Virus record (IMG/VR): IMGVR_UViG_3300040786_000030
Coordinates: 24,281 to 88,280 of that record
Origin: a virus
Direction: 5' to 3' (one strand)
DNA: 64,000 nucleotides
The notes below the pieces were generated by a model. That model saw nothing but the letters and a program-made list of their open reading frames with translations, was not told the origin of the DNA and ran no database searches. Both the position numbers and the translations under genes were made by a program. Shown piece by piece: positions 60,337-64,000 of this stretch (position 1 is the first letter of the stretch; every line of letters begins with the position of its first letter).

Positions 60337-60945
60337 ATGAGAAAAATTGATAAATCATTAAATATAGCAAAAGCTAATTTATTATCAGAACAAAGATATT
60401 TAACATCTAAGGGTATTATACGTGAAAGTGTTGAAAATGATGGTGCTGATGGTGATGAAACTGATATGATTAACTACATTAAAAGTTTAGGTGGATTAAA
60501 GGAAGAACCATTAAATGAATTATCACCAGAGTTAAAACAGAGAGCTTTTGATTCAGCTTCTGATGAAGCTAGTAAATTAAAAATAGTGGGGATAAGGATA
60601 ACTATAATCCATTAAAGGTGATAGAAGATTACAACAAGCTAACACTATTGGTAACACGGTTGACCCAAAATTTATTAAAGTTGCTAACGATATTGGAACT
60701 TATTTAGGACTTCAAGCTACAGTAAAAAAGGTTTCAGACCCAAGAGGTGATAAAATAAGTCTTAGTTTTCATAAAGGTGGTGAAGTTGGTACATATGATA
60801 AGATTTTATTATATACTATAACTAAAAATGGTTATGATGATTATGTTAAAATGTCCAATTACCAGAAAACTTCGCTAGGAGAATTGAGAGGTTAATAATG
60901 GCACTTCAACAAAATGAGTTAGCTGGAGAACAAACAGCAAGATAA
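60337..60945 (+). CDS. Hypothetical protein (putative internal head protein), indel-split
   Basis: NLLSEQRYL...GIIRES...LNELSPEL with repeated (I/L)xE sites. Confidence 0.5.
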
Positions 60946-60965
60946 TACACATATTAAATAAAATT

Positions 60966-60996
60966 AAAACCACTTAGAAATAAGTGGTTTTTTTTT
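60966..60996 (+). terminator. Intrinsic terminator (GAAA loop)
   Basis: aaaaccactta-gaaa-taagtggttttttt. Confidence 0.85.
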
Positions 60997-61038
60997 ACGT
61001 TAATTTTAATAGTCTTTACAAAAAAATAAAATTATATA

Positions 61039-61045
61039 TATTTAT
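61039..61045 (+). promoter_or_regulatory. Putative late promoter core TATTTAT
   Basis: 34 nt upstream of the ATG at 61079. Confidence 0.5.
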
Positions 61046-61078
61046 TTTAAAGAGTTATAAAAAATAAATAGTTTTAAT

Positions 61079-62317
61079 ATGGAAAACCACAAGTATTCCC
61101 AAGCAAGGAACAAATAGACATAGCTAACGCTGAAAAATTAAAACGCAAAATTATCAAACTGAAAAAGCTGCAGCTGTAAATGATATTTATGTTGGTCCTA
61201 CAACCTTAGAAGACACACCAGAGGGGCATAAAGACGCATTGACTATGATGCAAGAACATACCGCTAGACAAATGGAACAAAAGCAAAATTTGGTAAAGTA
61301 GTTGAACTGATTATGCTGAAAAACAGAAGAAGGTAATAGATTTGTCGCACAGAATTACAATTCTCAAATTGAACTTCGTGATAAACAATTAGAAATGAAT
61401 AAACAACAAACACAAAATTACCAAAAATTAGCTGAAGAAGCTTCAAATAGACAAATACCAGAAAAGAAAATGCAAGAACCGTATGTAGCTCCAGTACAAC
61501 CATCATCACCATCATCACAACCATTAGTTGCAAATAATGTTAGTTATGGTCAACCAACACCTAGTGTAACACCATATATATTAGAAATTAGTCAACCTAA
61601 TTATAATTCACCATTTGATGTTATCCCTTTACCTTCATTAGGTAAAACCTATAGAAATAAGAAACCAAATGTTAGACTTGGTTATATGACAACTGCTGAT
61701 GAAAATATTTTAACTAGTCCAAATTTATTACAAAGTGGGGAATTTTTAAATGTATTAATTAATAGAAAAATTCTAGAACCAGACTTGAGATATAATGACT
61801 TATTAGTCGGTGATAGAAATGCAATCATGATATGGTTAAGAGCAACAGGTTATGGTGAAATGTACCCAGTTACCCTTTTAGATGAAAATGGTGATGCATT
61901 CGATACTGAATTGAATCTTAACGAATTAAAAACTAAAGAATTAGGTGCTGAACCAGATGATGAGGGGTTATTTGATTATACATTTAAATTAGCTAGAGCA
62001 CAAGTTAAATTCAAATTATTAACGTGTGTGATATTGACGCTATTGGTTAGTAGAGAAAAAGAAAACGGTGTTTTAATTGATAATACAACCACATATACAT
62101 TGGAAAAACGTATTGTAGAAATTAATGGTTCTAGAGATAAACATACCATTAAAGAATTTTCAAACGTAATCAGAGTACAAGATGGAAAAGATTTTAACAA
62201 ATATTTAGATATGGTCGAACCTGGGATTGATTTAAATATTACGGTTGGAACCCAGGAGGTGGTTCCGTTAATACATTTCTTCCACTTAACATCAGCTTTT
62301 TTTGCTTTCGAGTATAA
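61079..62317 (+). CDS. Baseplate hub/tail-assembly-chaperone protein (T4 gp26-like) with a Q/P-rich N-terminal extension, indel-split
   Basis: DVIPLPSLGKTY, YMTTADENIL, LLVGDRNAIMIWLRATGYG; the likely true end is ...TFLPLNISFF...RV* at 62315-17. Confidence 0.75.
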
Positions 62318-62549
62318 GGTTTCTTTATTAGAAGAAATTTATTTATGTACCCAACACTTAGATGGTTTTGGGTATAGTGATGTTTTACTATTACCAGTTT
62401 ATGAAAGAAGATTTTATTTGAATTTAAAACTAGAGATGTAATGAAACAAAATAAAACAGCGACTGATAATCAACCAAGAGGTAAACAAAATAAACTTAGC
62501 GGTGATAATCTAAAATAGAATGAATAATGGTGATATACCATTATTATAA
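62297..62549 (+). CDS. Overlapping ATG-less extension ORF (gp51-like / G-T chaperone extension)
   Basis: EYKVSLLEEIYLCTQHLDGFGYSDVLLLPVYERRFYL begins in an alternate frame at the T7 run. Confidence 0.55.
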
Positions 62550-62589
62550 TAATACCTGTAATTAATTACGGGTATTTTGTTTTATAAGA

Positions 62590-62596
62590 TATTTAT
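62590..62596 (+). promoter_or_regulatory. Putative late promoter core TATTTAT
   Basis: 19 nt upstream of the ATG at 62615. Confidence 0.55.
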
Positions 62597-62614
62597 AATC
62601 AAATACTATTAAAA

Positions 62615-63506
62615 ATGGCTAAAAAATTAAAATTAGTGAATCACAATATAATACATTACAAAAATATTTGGTTGAGACACCTTATGATGAAGTATATAAA
62701 AGTATTAAAGTGGATGATATAATAGAAATCGAAAACAAGGGTAATATTTCTAAATATAAAGTAATGTATTTTGGTGGTAATCAAAATGTTGTTTTATCTG
62801 GGTAACACCAAATGTTAATAAATATTATTTTGCAATGAATAAAAACGATTTTTATAATGGAACTTTAAAAGCTAGGTTTATACCAAAAGACGAATTTATC
62901 GCAAATAGAGATATTGACACTTGGAAAGAATATAGTATGAATATTACCAGTTTCAAACTAATCAGAAATAATTCAATTATTGACACTGTAGATATTAATG
63001 ATTCAACACAGGAACCAGAAGAACCGCAAACACCACAAGGTGATGTAGTATCAGAACCAATAGATTTAAATCCTAAAATACTAGCCCTGAAGCTATTGCT
63101 GCTGAAAAGGATGAAGAAGATAAAAAGAAGCGGCTAAAAGAAGCTGAAATTAAAGCTGCTGGTCAAAGAGCTTTAGAGGCGATTATTAATGATAAAGACT
63201 TACAAGCAGCTTTTATAGACAACCTAGTTTTGGAAATTTGTTGCTGATATGACTGGAACAAAAGCGGTAGGTAAAGGTATAGTACCAACAGTTATTGGTT
63301 TAGTTAATAGATATAAAAATAAAGAAACTAATGAGAAAGCTTATGAAGATTTTAAACGACATAGAATAGCTGATTTTAGTGTTTTAGAATTAGTTGAAAT
63401 TATAGCTACTGGTGACCAAAATCCGTTTTTTGCAATTGAACCTAATGTTGATTTAAACGCTACAGTTCAAGATTATTTTGAACCAACTACTGGAATGTTA
63501 AATTAG
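62615..63506 (+). CDS. Hypothetical protein (putative virion protein), indel-split
   Basis: Reconstructed MAKKLKISESQYNTLQKYLVE leader; pieces 62835-63137 and 63249-63506. Confidence 0.5.
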
Positions 63507-63533
63507 TTAATAATAAAATTAGTCCTGATAGAC

Positions 63534-63756
63534 CAAATGGTTTTCTATGTATGTTAGAGGTATAACTAATGAAGAAAACGTATATCTATGTGATTTTGAA
63601 ACAACTAGGGATGAGGTTGATAAGGTTACTGATACAAGGATTAAAAACAAATATAAAACAAAACTCCAGTTAAAGTTAGATTTAACGTATCTGCTGGATA
63701 TATCCCACAAAAAAATAAATAAAGATGGCAGCATTAACACCAGAAGAATTAGCTAA
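63534..63756 (+). CDS. Small hypothetical protein
   Basis: ORF-track 63547-63756; boundaries uncertain. Confidence 0.3.
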
Positions 63757-64000
63757 ACTAGCGTTAGAGCAGACGAAATTAGCTACGATACAATTAAAAG
63801 AACAAGCAAAAATTAGAGCTGAGTTAAGTAATAGTCTTGATGGTTATATCAAGGGTATTAAGGATTTAAAAGCTATTCAAGATACTATAAAATATAATGA
63901 GGAAAAATATTAAAGTTAAAAAATGATGGTATTACAAGAACTGATGAGGAACTAGCAATACATGAAGCTAAACTTAAAATATTAGAAGAACAAACAAAAT
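63725..64000 (+). CDS. Putative tape measure protein, N-terminus (runs off the window)
   Basis: Heptad-rich helical start, located shortly after the tube and chaperone genes; a positional inference only. Confidence 0.45.

Noticed and set aside
850-63740. Numerous opposite-strand or alternate-frame ORFs in the track (e.g. 850-1050, 1765-1992, 7858-8160, 10021-10311, 15070-15420, 20157-20507, 34761-35066, 53552-53839, 61976-62200)
   Set aside because: They are antisense or out-of-frame shadows of well-supported genes or of repeat arrays, with no motifs or independent start signals.
1-64000. Widespread pseudogenisation, or stop-codon recoding (as in TAG-recoded Lak/crAss-like phages), as the cause of fragmented ORFs
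   Set aside because: The breaks I checked are frame changes at homopolymers or single missing bases (e.g. MCP near 2742, 3001 and 3246), even in essential genes. They are not in-frame TAG/TGA within conserved motifs, and long ORFs such as gmd read through in the standard code. Long-read consensus error fits best.
1-64000. tRNA, tmRNA, rRNA genes and mobile elements
   Set aside because: I recognised no cloverleaf-compatible GC-rich segments, T-loop motifs in intergenic DNA, transposase, integrase or homing endonuclease motifs. A tRNAscan/Infernal run would be needed to exclude them fully.

Overview
This window is 64 kb of a very AT-rich, T4-like jumbo (myo-type) bacteriophage genome. The host is most likely a Bacteroidota bacterium (TAnnTTTG promoters, A-rich leaders without Shine-Dalgarno sites). 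The consensus carries frequent 1-nt indels, mostly at homopolymers, so nearly every long gene is split in the ORF track. The gene boundaries given here are my manual reconstructions and are approximate. Layout: (1) head module: prohead protease end, acidic scaffold, gp23-like major capsid; (2) a signal-peptide DNA/RNA endonuclease and small accessory genes; (3) minus-strand baseplate/spike genes and a gp55-like late sigma factor; (4) a ~15 kb minus-strand glycosylation and nucleotide island: Gmd, DegT aminotransferase, LbH acyltransferase, SDR, cupin, GT10, GT11, several GT2/GT4-like enzymes, PhoH, dUTPase, and degenerate HD and HAD folds; (5) virion proteins and a first 14-aa-repeat adhesin; (6) family B DNA polymerase, neck gp13, glutaredoxin, SNF2-like helicase; (7) gp14/gp15, a cluster of repeat-rich tail fibres with a second copy of the 14-aa-repeat cassette, sheath, tube, a gp26/tail-chaperone-like gene with a probable programmed frameshift, and the start of a putative tape measure. 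The best candidate for an undescribed system is a soluble, phage-encoded glycan pathway that may decorate the virion. Other notable signals are a TATTTAT late-promoter regulon, paired genes with a shared capsid-targeting leader, a duplicated adhesin cassette, and an RHH operator beside the tail operon. I recognised no tRNA, rRNA, CRISPR array, integrase or transposase.
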